A DNA stretch of 64,000 bases from an uncultured Acidimicrobiales bacterium (GTDB lineage Bacteria > Actinomycetota > Acidimicrobiia > Acidimicrobiales > CATQHL01), in NCBI GenBank assembly GCA_964618115.1, contig CAZTZI010000033.1, positions 12,944-76,943 on the forward strand, given 5' to 3'. Every line of letters begins with the position of its first letter. The first letter of the stretch is position 1. Below, piece by piece: positions 40,817-49,946 of this stretch. The notes under the pieces were generated by a model. That model saw nothing but the letters and a program-made list of their open reading frames with translations. It made no database searches and had not been told where the DNA came from. A program made the position numbers and the translations under genes.

Positions 40817-41731
40817 TCACTTGAACAGGTAGAGGGGACGGCCCTCCTCGCGCGGCGGCAGGACCTTCCGCCCGGAGACGGCGATGGCCAGGATCGTCAC
40901 GATGTAGGGGAGGGCCAGCAGCAACTCGCCGGCCACCGGGATGTCCCGGGCCTGGAGCTGGAAGCCGAGGGCGTAGGAGACTCCGAAGACGACCGCCGCC
41001 ACCGCGCCGCCGGCGGGGTTCCAGCGCCCCAGGATGACGATGGCGATGGCGATGTAGCCCCGGCCGCGCACGATGTCGTGCAGGAAGAGCCGGATGTCGG
41101 CCAGGACCATGTAGGCGCCGGCGAGAGCGCCGAGCATGCCGCTGACCGTCATCGCCGCCAGACGGACCCGCAGCACGTTGACCCCGGTTGCCTGGGCGCC
41201 CTCGGCGTACTCCCCGCAGGCCCGCAGGCGCACACCGATCCCCGTTCTGAACATCAGGTACCAGATGGCGGGCACGCACAGATAGGTCATGTAGGCCATC
41301 CAGTGCTGATCGGCGAGCACGCCGATGCCGGGGATGGCCGCCAGACCGGGTATCCGCTGCGTGATCGATCCCCGCGGCACGGACATGGCTTCCAGCCCGC
41401 CGCGCCGTATCAGCACGTCGAAGAGGTAGCTGGTGGCGCCGAGGGCCAGGATGTTGAAGGCGATCCCGACCACCACCTGGTCGCCCCGCAGGCCGACGGT
41501 GATCCAGCCCAGGAGCAGCCCGAGGGCGGCTCCGAACAGCAGGGCGAACCAGAACCCCGCCTGCTCGGCTCCGAAGCCGGCCGCGGTCCATGCCGCCACC
41601 CAGGCACCGATCAGCATCAGCCCCTCGAGCCCGATGTTGAGGACGCCCGAGCGCTGGGCGATCACGCCGCCGAGGGCGGCGAGCAGCAGAGGAACGCCGG
41701 CCACGACCGTGGCGTTCAGGACGTCACTCAC
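40817..41731 (-). CDS. ABC transporter permease (BMP/nucleoside-type), orphan copy inverted relative to transporter T2
   Basis: 304 aa with a GTG start after the RBS GAGGAA. GVLNIGLEGLMLIGAW matches the second-permease type seen at 11036-12142. Confidence 0.85.
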   Translation of the reverse strand: MSDVLNATVVAGVPLLLAALGGVIAQRSGVLNIGLEGLMLIGAWVAAWTAAGFGAEQAGFWFALLFGAALGLLLGWITVGLRGDQVVVGIAFNILALGATSYLFDVLIRRGGLEAMSVPRGSITQRIPGLAAIPGIGVLADQHWMAYMTYLCVPAIWYLMFRTGIGVRLRACGEYAEGAQATGVNVLRVRLAAMTVSGMLGALAGAYMVLADIRLFLHDIVRGRGYIAIAIVILGRWNPAGGAVAAVVFGVSYALGFQLQARDIPVAGELLLALPYIVTILAIAVSGRKVLPPREEGRPLYLFK

Positions 41732-41991
41732 GAGAAGGTTCCTCGCCCGACCTCAATCCGGTCCATCGGGACCGGGATTCCCCCCATGCGGGCGAATACT
41801 ACAGACAGCCTCCGAGGCCGTCTGCCGGCAGTGCCGATCCGGCCGGTGCAGGGCGCCTGCCCGGGGCGCAGGACGATCCTCCCGATGCGGCTCGGCGCCA
41901 ATCGCCGGCTCCCGCCGGAGGTTCTCGGCCGCTTCGCATTATTTCCGGCCTGACCGCCGGGTGTATAGTCCCGCGCCGGGGGAGTTCGGGT

Positions 41992-42801
41992 ATGACCGGT
42001 CAGAACGGCCAGCACGTAGCGCAGCATCTCGATCTCGGAGGCGGGCGCATCCATGTGATGCGTGCCGGCGCGGGCGAGGAGTTGCTGTTCCTCCACCCTG
42101 CTGCGGGTGCCGGGTTCTGGCTGCCGTTCCACGATCTGCTTGCCGAACACTTCGATGTGATCTCCCCCGATCACCCCGGCTTCGGGGAGTCCGACCGGCT
42201 CGAGTGGATCGACGGCATGGAGGACCTCGTCTACTTCTACCTCGACCTGCTGGACGAGCTCGGATTGGAGTCGGTGCATGTGGTGGGGGCATCCCTCGGG
42301 GGGTGGCTGGGCGCGGAGTTGGCGGTGCACCAGCCGTCGCGGGTGCGCAGCCTGGTGATGGTCGACCCGATCGGCCTCGACCTGCCCGAGCACCCCGTCG
42401 AGGACATCTTCGGCATGAACCCCGACGAACTCCGCGCCGCGCTGTTCCTCGACCAGGAGTTGGCGTTGCAGTTCATCTCCCCCGAGCCCGACCTCGACAT
42501 GCTCATGCGCGCCTTCAAGGAGAAGACGAGCTTCGCCCGCCTGGCGTGGAACCCCTTCTGCTGCAATCCGAAGCTCCACCTGCGGCTGCACCGCGTCACA
42601 GCCCCGACGCTGGTGCTGTGGGGGAGTGACGATCGTCTCGTGCCGCTGGCGCACGGGGAGCGCTACCGGGACCTCATCGCCGGTGCGCGCCTCGAGATCA
42701 TCGACGACTGCGGCCACGCGCCGCTGCTGGAGCAGCCCGAGCGGACCACCGAGGCCATCACCGGCTTCTGTAAGTCGCTCGTCGGGACGGGGGTCTGCTG
42801 A
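41992..42801 (+). CDS. alpha/beta hydrolase (meta-cleavage product hydrolase-like)
   Basis: 269 aa with the nucleophile elbow GASLGG and a C-terminal IIDDCGHAPLLEQPERTTEAI. A candidate -10 box TATAGT lies at 41964-41969 and the RBS is GGGGGAG. Confidence 0.85.
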   Translation: MTGQNGQHVAQHLDLGGGRIHVMRAGAGEELLFLHPAAGAGFWLPFHDLLAEHFDVISPDHPGFGESDRLEWIDGMEDLVYFYLDLLDELGLESVHVVGASLGGWLGAELAVHQPSRVRSLVMVDPIGLDLPEHPVEDIFGMNPDELRAALFLDQELALQFISPEPDLDMLMRAFKEKTSFARLAWNPFCCNPKLHLRLHRVTAPTLVLWGSDDRLVPLAHGERYRDLIAGARLEIIDDCGHAPLLEQPERTTEAITGFCKSLVGTGVC

Positions 42802-43943
42802 TGCGGTTCTTCATGTTCCACCTGATGCCGTACCCGTACCTGCCGGCGGACTTCGACGAGCGCGAGTCGGCGTGGGTGACCCTGTCGAACAGCAACTACG
42901 ACCCCAAGATCGGCACCGGCCTCTACAACCGCTATCTGGACGAGCTGGAGTACGCCGAGCAGCTCGGCTTCGACGGCATCTGCGTCAACGAGCACCACCA
43001 GAACGCCTACGGCACGATGCCCTCGCCCAACCTCATGGCCGCCACCCTCGTCCGCCGCACCGAGAAGCTCCGGATAGCGATCGTCGGCAACGGCCTGCCG
43101 CTGCGCGACCACCCGCTGCGGGTCGCCGAGGAGGTGGCGATGCTGGACGTCATCTCGGGCGGGCGAATCATCTCCGGGTTCGTGCGCGGCATCGGCGACG
43201 AGTACTTCTCCATGAGCATCGACCCGTCCACCTCCCGGGAGCGCTACAGCGAGGCGCACGACCTCATCATCAAGGCTTGGACGACCGACGGCCCGTTCCG
43301 CTGGATCGGCAAGCACTACCGCCTCAACTACGTCAACGTCTGGCCGCGCCCGCTGCAGCAGCCGCACCCGCCCATCTGGATCCCCGCCTTCGGCAGCACC
43401 GAGACCATGTCCTGGGCCGCCGAGAACCACTACACCTACCTGTCGGTGTTCGCCCCGTCGAAGCTGCTGAAGCGCTGGTTCGACGGGTACCGGGAGGGCG
43501 CCCGCGCCGCCGGCTACGAGGCGCCCCGGGACAAGATCGGCATCCTGTTGCCGATCTACGTCGCCGAGACCGACCGCCAGGCGCACGACGAGGGGCGCCA
43601 GTACGTCACGTGGCTCTACCACAAGGGCCTCAAGCACAAGTTCGAGCACCTCTTCCCGCCCGGCTACATGACCGATCACTCCTGGGGGAGATTCCTGCAG
43701 TCGGGCCTCGGCGCCTACTCCGACGTGAGCTACGAGGACCTGGTGTCCCAGGGCTACGCCGTCGTCGGCAGTCCGGCCACGGTGCGCGAGCGGCTGGCCG
43801 AACTCGCCGAGGAACTCGGCTTCGGCCTCGTCAACGCCCTGCTGCACATCGGGGACATGCCCCACGACCACACCATCCGCAACATGGAGCTCTTCGCCCG
43901 CGAGGTCATGCCGCACTTCAGGGCGCAGCGGCCCGCCGCCTGA
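42801..43943 (+). CDS. LLM class flavin-dependent oxidoreductase
   Basis: 380 aa with a TGATG junction to the upstream hydrolase. It contains FDGICVNEHHQNAYG and VAEEVAMLDVISGGRIISGFVRG. Confidence 0.85.
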   Translation: MRFFMFHLMPYPYLPADFDERESAWVTLSNSNYDPKIGTGLYNRYLDELEYAEQLGFDGICVNEHHQNAYGTMPSPNLMAATLVRRTEKLRIAIVGNGLPLRDHPLRVAEEVAMLDVISGGRIISGFVRGIGDEYFSMSIDPSTSRERYSEAHDLIIKAWTTDGPFRWIGKHYRLNYVNVWPRPLQQPHPPIWIPAFGSTETMSWAAENHYTYLSVFAPSKLLKRWFDGYREGARAAGYEAPRDKIGILLPIYVAETDRQAHDEGRQYVTWLYHKGLKHKFEHLFPPGYMTDHSWGRFLQSGLGAYSDVSYEDLVSQGYAVVGSPATVRERLAELAEELGFGLVNALLHIGDMPHDHTIRNMELFAREVMPHFRAQRPAA

Positions 43944-43975
43944 CAGGGCCCATCGCCGGCAACGCCGGCGCCGTT

Positions 43976-44033
43976 CAACCACCGATATCCGACCACCCGC
44001 AAACCAGCAGCCAACCACCGATATCCGACCACC
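43976..44033 (+). repeat. two perfect 22-bp direct repeats CAACCACCGATATCCGACCACC (43976-43997 and 44012-44033), 36-bp period, upstream of the SBP gene
   Basis: Read directly. Each copy contains GATATC within an imperfect palindrome. The second copy ends 32 nt before ATG 44066. Confidence 0.85.
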
Positions 44034-44065
44034 GACAAGACCGACAACAAACAAGGGGGGACCCA

Positions 44066-45211
44066 ATGATCACTCGACGCACACCTGCCGGGAGGCTGAT
44101 GACACTGCTCCTGGCCCTACTCGCGACGCTCGCCCTGGTGGCCGTCTCGTGCGGGGAGGAAGAGGAGGCGGCGGCCCCGCCGCCCCCGCCTCCGGCCGAG
44201 CCCGCACCCGAGCCACCGCCGCCACCCGAGCCGGCACCCGAGCCACCGCCTCCGCCCGAGCCCGCCGCGCCGGCAGGCCCCGAGGTCTCCAAGGCCTCGC
44301 CGAGGATCGCGCAGCTGCACCCCGACGCCGTGAACGCGGCGGGCTGGTACCGCAACGGCTTCGCCGCCTTCGAGAAGATGGCGGCCATCCTCGACACCGA
44401 GCCGGATGTCCTCGAGCACATCTCCTACGACCAGGCGCCGCAGACGCTGCGCCAGCTGGCCGAGGAGGGTTACGACATCATCGTCCCGCACTCCAGCGGG
44501 TACGAGGCCGCTGTGCTGGAAGTCGCTCCGGACTTCCCAGGCACCTGGTTCATCATCTACTCGGACCTGTCGACCACCAACGACCTGCCGAACGTGGCGG
44601 GTTGGGCGGTCCACTGGAACCAGGTGGGCTACATGGCCGCCGCCATCGGCTGCGCCGCCTCCGACGCCAAGAGCATCGGCATGGTCGTGAGTGCCCCGAT
44701 CCCGGCGTACACCCGCTGGACGGGCGGTTCGGGCCAGCTGAGCGATGATGCCGCGGACGTGCTGGGCTACGACTGCGAGTTCAACGACGTGTGGACCGGT
44801 GACTTCCTCGACGCCGCCAAGGCCAAGCAGGCCGCGCAGGCGCTGATCGACGGAGGGGCCGACGTGCTCTTCGACGGTGCGGACGCCGCGGGCGCTGGGG
44901 CCGTGGAGGCGGCTGTCCAGAACGGCGTCTGGTACGTGGGCGCCGTGGTGGACCAGTGCGAGCAGGCACCGGACACGATGCTCACGAGCGTCACCCTGAA
45001 CTTCGACATCGCGTATGAGCAGATGGGCGAGTTCTACAAGGACGGCTCGCTGGAGCCCGCGATCTACTCGATGAACCTCGCCAACACCGGGATCGACCTG
45101 TCGCCGCCGTGCAACGCCAACGCGGACGTCGACGCTGCGATCGAGACCGTGATCGACGGGGTCTCCTCGGGCGACATCGTCGTCGACCCGACGCGCGAGA
45201 AGACCCCGTAA
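44066..45211 (+). CDS. BMP family ABC transporter substrate-binding lipoprotein, transporter T2
   Basis: The real start is ATG 44066 after the RBS AAGGGGGGA; the 861-aa ORF-track frame is read-through from the upstream gene region. The lipobox LVAVSC-G and a PAPEP linker precede a BMP-like body. Confidence 0.85.
   Translation: MITRRTPAGRLMTLLLALLATLALVAVSCGEEEEAAAPPPPPPAEPAPEPPPPPEPAPEPPPPPEPAAPAGPEVSKASPRIAQLHPDAVNAAGWYRNGFAAFEKMAAILDTEPDVLEHISYDQAPQTLRQLAEEGYDIIVPHSSGYEAAVLEVAPDFPGTWFIIYSDLSTTNDLPNVAGWAVHWNQVGYMAAAIGCAASDAKSIGMVVSAPIPAYTRWTGGSGQLSDDAADVLGYDCEFNDVWTGDFLDAAKAKQAAQALIDGGADVLFDGADAAGAGAVEAAVQNGVWYVGAVVDQCEQAPDTMLTSVTLNFDIAYEQMGEFYKDGSLEPAIYSMNLANTGIDLSPPCNANADVDAAIETVIDGVSSGDIVVDPTREKTP
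44198..44257 (+). repeat. 2 x 30-bp tandem repeat encoding (EPAPEPPPPP)2 in the SBP linker
   Basis: Read directly; the whole linker spans about 44153-44281. Confidence 0.75.
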
Positions 45212-45245
45212 CCCGGGGAACGGTCGCCACTAGCGTCTCCGGTAC

Positions 45246-46811
45246 GTGGGAGCGGCCATAGATCACGCGGGGCCGGTGACGGCCAGGGAGGCTTCGACCC
45301 TGGCCGTCACCGGCCTGCACAAGCACTTCGGCCGGGTTCGGGCCAACGACGGCATCGACGTCACCTTCCGGGGTGGCGAGGTGCACGCTCTGCTCGGCGA
45401 GAACGGGGCGGGCAAGTCCACCCTCATCAAGTGCCTCTCGGGCGTCTACCGGCCCGACTCCGGGCGCGTCGAGATCGACGGCCGGGAGGCGGACATCCGG
45501 GATCCCGCCGATTCCCGCCAGTGCGGGATCGCGGTGGTGCACCAGAGTTCCACGCTGATCTCCCGCCTGACGCTGCTGGAGAACGTGGTCCTGCAGGAGG
45601 GACGCCTCGGCCGGATCCCCAGTGAACTGGCGGACCGCCTCGTCGAGAGCGGCAATCGCCTGGGTTTCACCATCGATCCCAGAGCGCGTGTCGAGAACCT
45701 CTCGGTCGGTGACCTCCAGCGGGCCGAGATCGCCCGGGCCTTCATGCAGGAGGCCTGGCTGGTCATCCTGGACGAGCCCACCGCCGTCCTGGCGCCGGCC
45801 GAACGCGCCAGCCTCTTCGATCTGTTCGGCTCGCTCACCTCGCAGGGGGTCGGGGTGGTCTTCGTCACCCACCACCTCGCCGAGGCGCTCGCCGAGAGCG
45901 GCCGCACGACGGTCCTCCGGGAGGGCCAGGTGGTCGGCCGCCTCGAGCCCGGCCACCAGGTGGACGAGGCCGAGCTCGTCCGGCTCGTCGTCGGCGACGA
46001 CGAGTCGCACCCCTCGGTCTCCGGCCATGACGACAGCGATCATGCTCACGTCCCGCACATACCCGCGGGAGGTGAAGCAAGCGACGCGCTCGTGGAGGTG
46101 CGGGAGGTCTCGGGTGCGCCGCTGTGGGGCCGGGCACTGCACGACCTGGACCTGACGATCCGCCGCGGCGAGGTTCTCGGCATCGCCGGGGTCGAGGGGA
46201 ACGGCCAGCGGGAGCTCTCGGCGCTGCTGACGGGCTCGTGGGTCCCCGAGAGCGGAAGCGTCCTGCTGGATGGCGCGCCGCTTTCGGACTACCCGCCGCC
46301 CCGGCGCTCCGAACTCGTGGGCGACGTGCCCGACGACCACTTCCTGGCCACGTGCGGGGAACTCTCGGTGTGGGAGAACCTGGCTCTGGGGACCTTCGCC
46401 TGGCAGGAGGCGCCGACACCGGGCCGCAAGGCTCGCCAGCGCCGCGCCGCCGGCGAACTCGTCGAGGAGTTCGACATCCGCACCGACGGGATCGCTGCCC
46501 CGGTGCGCCAGCTCTCCGGCGGCAACCGGCGGCGCGTGATCCTGGCCCGGGAGCTGCGCAAGCACCCGGTGCTGCTGGTGGCCACGTACCCCACGCGGGG
46601 GTTGGATGTCCGCTCTGCCGAGCAGGTCCGATCCTGGGTGCGCCGTCTCGCCGACGGGGGAGGCTCGGTGGTGTACATGAGCACCGAACTGGAGGAGATC
46701 ATCGAGGTCAGCGACCGCGTGGCGGTCATGGTCAGGGGGCGCATCGCCGGCGTGTTGAGCGAGGGGATCACGATCGGCGGCATCGGCAATCTGATGCTCC
46801 AGGAACGATGA
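45246..46811 (+). CDS. ABC transporter ATP-binding protein (two NBDs), transporter T2
   Basis: It has Walker A GENGAGKST, LSVGDLQRAEI, ILDEPT and, in the second NBD, LSGGNRRRV. The start could be GTG 45246 or GTG 45276. Confidence 0.85.
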   Translation: MGAAIDHAGPVTAREASTLAVTGLHKHFGRVRANDGIDVTFRGGEVHALLGENGAGKSTLIKCLSGVYRPDSGRVEIDGREADIRDPADSRQCGIAVVHQSSTLISRLTLLENVVLQEGRLGRIPSELADRLVESGNRLGFTIDPRARVENLSVGDLQRAEIARAFMQEAWLVILDEPTAVLAPAERASLFDLFGSLTSQGVGVVFVTHHLAEALAESGRTTVLREGQVVGRLEPGHQVDEAELVRLVVGDDESHPSVSGHDDSDHAHVPHIPAGGEASDALVEVREVSGAPLWGRALHDLDLTIRRGEVLGIAGVEGNGQRELSALLTGSWVPESGSVLLDGAPLSDYPPPRRSELVGDVPDDHFLATCGELSVWENLALGTFAWQEAPTPGRKARQRRAAGELVEEFDIRTDGIAAPVRQLSGGNRRRVILARELRKHPVLLVATYPTRGLDVRSAEQVRSWVRRLADGGGSVVYMSTELEEIIEVSDRVAVMVRGRIAGVLSEGITIGGIGNLMLQER

Positions 46812-47848
46812 TCCTCGGAGCGGGCCGCCGGCTGCGCGTGCCGGAGTGGGTCATCCCCGTTCTGGCGATCCTGGCCTCACTCGTTGTGTTGGCGCCGCTG
46901 GTGCAGATCGGCGGCGCCGGATTCGCCGAGGGCTACAGGGAGCTCTTCAAGGCGTCGTTCGGGTCGATGGTCGGCGTGGGTTCGTGGCTCACCTCCTCGC
47001 TCCCGCTGGTACTCGTGGGCCTGGGTGTGGCCCTTCCCTACCGGGCCGGCCTGTTCAACGTGGGAGGGGAGGGGCAACTGCTGACCGGCGCCCTCGTCGG
47101 GGTGTACATCGCCACCTCGTTCGGCGGAGGGCCGGGCGCCTTCCTGCTGCCGCTGCTGGCGGCCTTCGGTTCGGCCGCAGCCCTCGGCGCCGTGGCCGGC
47201 TGGCTGAAGGCCCGCGGCATGCACGAGATCGTCACGACGATCATGTTCAACTTCATCGCGTTCTTCTCCCTCACGTTCCTGCTGCGCGGCGGGTTGAAGG
47301 ACCCCGACCTCCCGTATGCGGCGAGCAGAGCGGTGTTCGACGGGTTCCGGCTGGGTCGTTTCGCCGGCGATGACATTCCCTACGGCATCTTCATCGCCGC
47401 CGTCGTGGTGGCGGGCGCCATCTACCTCGCCGACTACACGCGATTGGGATGGCGGCTGGGTGTGCTGGGCCAGAGCGACGCCGTGGCGGTCCGCCAGGGG
47501 ATCAACCTGGCGCGCACCAGGACGGTGGCCATGGCTCTTGGTGGCGGCCTGGCCGGGCTGGGCGGGGTGGTCGAGTTGCTCGGCAACCAGTACCGCATCG
47601 GCGCCCACTTCTCGCCGGGATGGGGGTTCACGGCCATCGCCGTGGCCTTGCTGGCGCGCGGCAAGATGCTGCCGGTGGTGCCGTTCGCCCTCTATTTCGG
47701 GTTCCTGCAGAACGGCGAGGTCCGGCTCCAGGCGATCCTGGGCATTCCAGGGAACATGGTGCTGATACTCGTCGCCGCTCCGGTGATCATCGTGGCCGCG
47801 GTCTACGGATTCCGGGCGTATCGCAGGACGGTCATGGTGGGGACGTGA
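46808..47848 (+). CDS. ABC transporter permease (BMP/nucleoside-type), transporter T2
   Basis: ATG 46808 forms an ATGA overlap with the ATPase stop. GLFNVGGEGQLLTGAL matches the first-permease type seen at 12126-13244. Confidence 0.85.
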   Translation: MILGAGRRLRVPEWVIPVLAILASLVVLAPLVQIGGAGFAEGYRELFKASFGSMVGVGSWLTSSLPLVLVGLGVALPYRAGLFNVGGEGQLLTGALVGVYIATSFGGGPGAFLLPLLAAFGSAAALGAVAGWLKARGMHEIVTTIMFNFIAFFSLTFLLRGGLKDPDLPYAASRAVFDGFRLGRFAGDDIPYGIFIAAVVVAGAIYLADYTRLGWRLGVLGQSDAVAVRQGINLARTRTVAMALGGGLAGLGGVVELLGNQYRIGAHFSPGWGFTAIAVALLARGKMLPVVPFALYFGFLQNGEVRLQAILGIPGNMVLILVAAPVIIVAAVYGFRAYRRTVMVGT

Positions 47849-47864
47849 TCCCGAGGAGGTCGAT

Positions 47865-49946
47865 GTGAGCGGGAACGGCAGAACAGGCGCGGGCAACGCA
47901 GGCAAGGCGTTCGCCGTCGCGGTCGATATCGGTGGGACCTTCACCGACCTGGTGGCGGTCGGAGCCGACGGCGAGATCGTCCTGGCCAAGCAGCCGTCGG
48001 TGCCGGCGGACTTCCTGCGAGGCGTCGACGTCGCCCTGGGTGACCTCGGCTCGGCAGGGATCGTCGACTTCCGCCACGGGACCACCGTGGGCACCAACGC
48101 CATCATCCAGCGCAAGGGGGCCAGGATCGGGCTCATCACGACGCGCGGGTTCCGGGACATCCTCCTGGCCGCCCGCGCCAGCCGCATGGACCTCTACGAC
48201 TCCGTCTGGGATCCACCGCCGCCGCTGGTGGCGCGGCGCGACATCCTGACCGTCACCGAGCGGCTGGACTACCTGGGGCGAACGGTGACGCCGCTGAACA
48301 CCGACGAGGTTGCCGAGGCGATCGGCGTGCTCAGCGACCGCGGGGTCGAGGCGGTTGCGGTCTGCTTCCTGAACTCCTTCGTGAACCCGGCCCACGAACT
48401 GGAGGCGCTGGAGATCATCGCCGCCGAGGCGCCCGAGATCTTCGCCTGCGCCAGCAGCAGGGTGGTGCCGGAGATCCGCGAGTTCGAGCGCATGAGCACG
48501 ACGGTCGTGAACGCCTATCTGGGCCCGCCGATGGCCACGTACCTGCAGGGGCTGGACGACCTGCTCGCCTCCCACGACTACGAGGGCGATGTTCTCATCA
48601 CCCATTCCGGCGGCGGGCTCATGACCTCCCGGGCGGCGACGCGCATCCCCGCGCGCGTCTGCCAGTCGGGTCCGGCGGCGGGCGTGATGGGCGGCCTGGC
48701 GGTCGCCGAGCGCGTGGGGTTCGAGAACGTGATCACTCTGGACATGGGCGGGACGAGCGCCGACATCTCCGTGATCGTGAACGGCACGCCGATGTTCCGC
48801 TCCGAGTGGCACGCGCAGTTCAACATCCCGATCATCTTCCCGGCCATCGATCTGGTGACCATCGGTGCCGGGGGCGGCACGATCGCCTGGGTGGACGCCA
48901 GCGGCACGCCGCACAGCGGTCCCCAGAGCGCCGGTGCCGATCCCGGCCCGGCCTGCTACGAGCGCGGCGGCACCGAGCCGACCAACACCGACGCCAACGT
49001 GGTTCTCGGGCGGTTGCGGCCTCAGGCGTTCACCGGTCGCCGCAGCGACATCACGCTCAGTGCCGCGGCGGCGCACGAGGCCATCGAGCGCAGGATCGCC
49101 CCGGTGCTGGACTGCTCGGTCACCGACGCCGCCGCCGGGATCATCAGGCTCTCCAACGCCTCCATGCTCAACGCCGTGCGGCTCATGACCGTGGAGCGGG
49201 GTTACGACCCGCGCGACTTCTCGCTCGTGGCCTTCGGCGGGGCGGGGCCGCTGCACGCCGCCGACCTGGCACGCGAGCTGCGGATCCCCACGGTGGTGGT
49301 GCCGACCTATCCCGGGCTGGTGTCGGCGATGGGCGCGCTGCAGGTCATGCTGCGCCACGACCTGGTCCGGCCGGTGTTCCAGCTGCACTCCAGCGTCGAC
49401 CGGTCGGTCCTGGCGGGGGCGGAGGCCGAGTTGCTCGCCGAGATCGACGAACTGCGGGCCAGCGAGACGCTGACCGCCGACTGGAGGGTGAACTGGCGGG
49501 CCGACATGCGCTACTACGGCCAGATCTCCGGCTACCTCACGCTGGACCTGCCGCACGGCATCGACTACCTGCTGGGCCGCGACAGCCTGGAGCGATTCCA
49601 GCAGGAGCACCAGCGGGAGTTCGGCTACGTGCTCACCGAGGATGTGACCGATGTCGAGATCGTCAACCTTCGTGCGGTGCTCGTCGGCGACGTGGAGCCG
49701 GTGAGTCTTCCGGCGCGCCCTGCGGGCAAGCAGACGCCGGCCGAGTCGGGCGAGGCGTACTTCTTCGAGTCCGGCGATGTCGTCCCGACGGCGTTCGTGC
49801 AGCGCGAGGGGCTGTCCCCGGGCGATGTCGTGGCCGGCCCGGCGATCGTCGAGGAGTGGGACTCCACGACGGTGGTCCCCCCCGGCGTGGTCGCCAGGGT
49901 CGCCCCGCTCGGCGAACTCGTGATGGAAATAGGAGAGATCCGATGA
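47865..49946 (+). CDS. hyuA: hydantoinase/oxoprolinase family protein, A subunit
   Basis: The GTG start follows the RBS GAGGAGG. AVDIGGTFTDLV and HGTTVGTNAIIQRKGARIGLITTRGFRD are hallmark HyuA/OplA N-terminal motifs. Confidence 0.88.
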   Translation: MSGNGRTGAGNAGKAFAVAVDIGGTFTDLVAVGADGEIVLAKQPSVPADFLRGVDVALGDLGSAGIVDFRHGTTVGTNAIIQRKGARIGLITTRGFRDILLAARASRMDLYDSVWDPPPPLVARRDILTVTERLDYLGRTVTPLNTDEVAEAIGVLSDRGVEAVAVCFLNSFVNPAHELEALEIIAAEAPEIFACASSRVVPEIREFERMSTTVVNAYLGPPMATYLQGLDDLLASHDYEGDVLITHSGGGLMTSRAATRIPARVCQSGPAAGVMGGLAVAERVGFENVITLDMGGTSADISVIVNGTPMFRSEWHAQFNIPIIFPAIDLVTIGAGGGTIAWVDASGTPHSGPQSAGADPGPACYERGGTEPTNTDANVVLGRLRPQAFTGRRSDITLSAAAAHEAIERRIAPVLDCSVTDAAAGIIRLSNASMLNAVRLMTVERGYDPRDFSLVAFGGAGPLHAADLARELRIPTVVVPTYPGLVSAMGALQVMLRHDLVRPVFQLHSSVDRSVLAGAEAELLAEIDELRASETLTADWRVNWRADMRYYGQISGYLTLDLPHGIDYLLGRDSLERFQQEHQREFGYVLTEDVTDVEIVNLRAVLVGDVEPVSLPARPAGKQTPAESGEAYFFESGDVVPTAFVQREGLSPGDVVAGPAIVEEWDSTTVVPPGVVARVAPLGELVMEIGEIR

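Noticed and set aside
43976-44033. Possible mini-CRISPR array (identical 22-bp repeats).
   Set aside because: There are only two copies, the spacer is 14 nt, no cas genes are present, and the repeat is shorter than typical CRISPR repeats. I treat it as a regulatory direct repeat instead.
42626-45211. 861-aa ORF that would fuse the LLM-gene region to the BMP lipoprotein.
   Set aside because: Only the last 381 codons (from ATG 44066, with an RBS and a signal peptide plus lipobox) look like a protein. The upstream part is an out-of-frame read through 42801-43943, which has its own convincing LLM frame.
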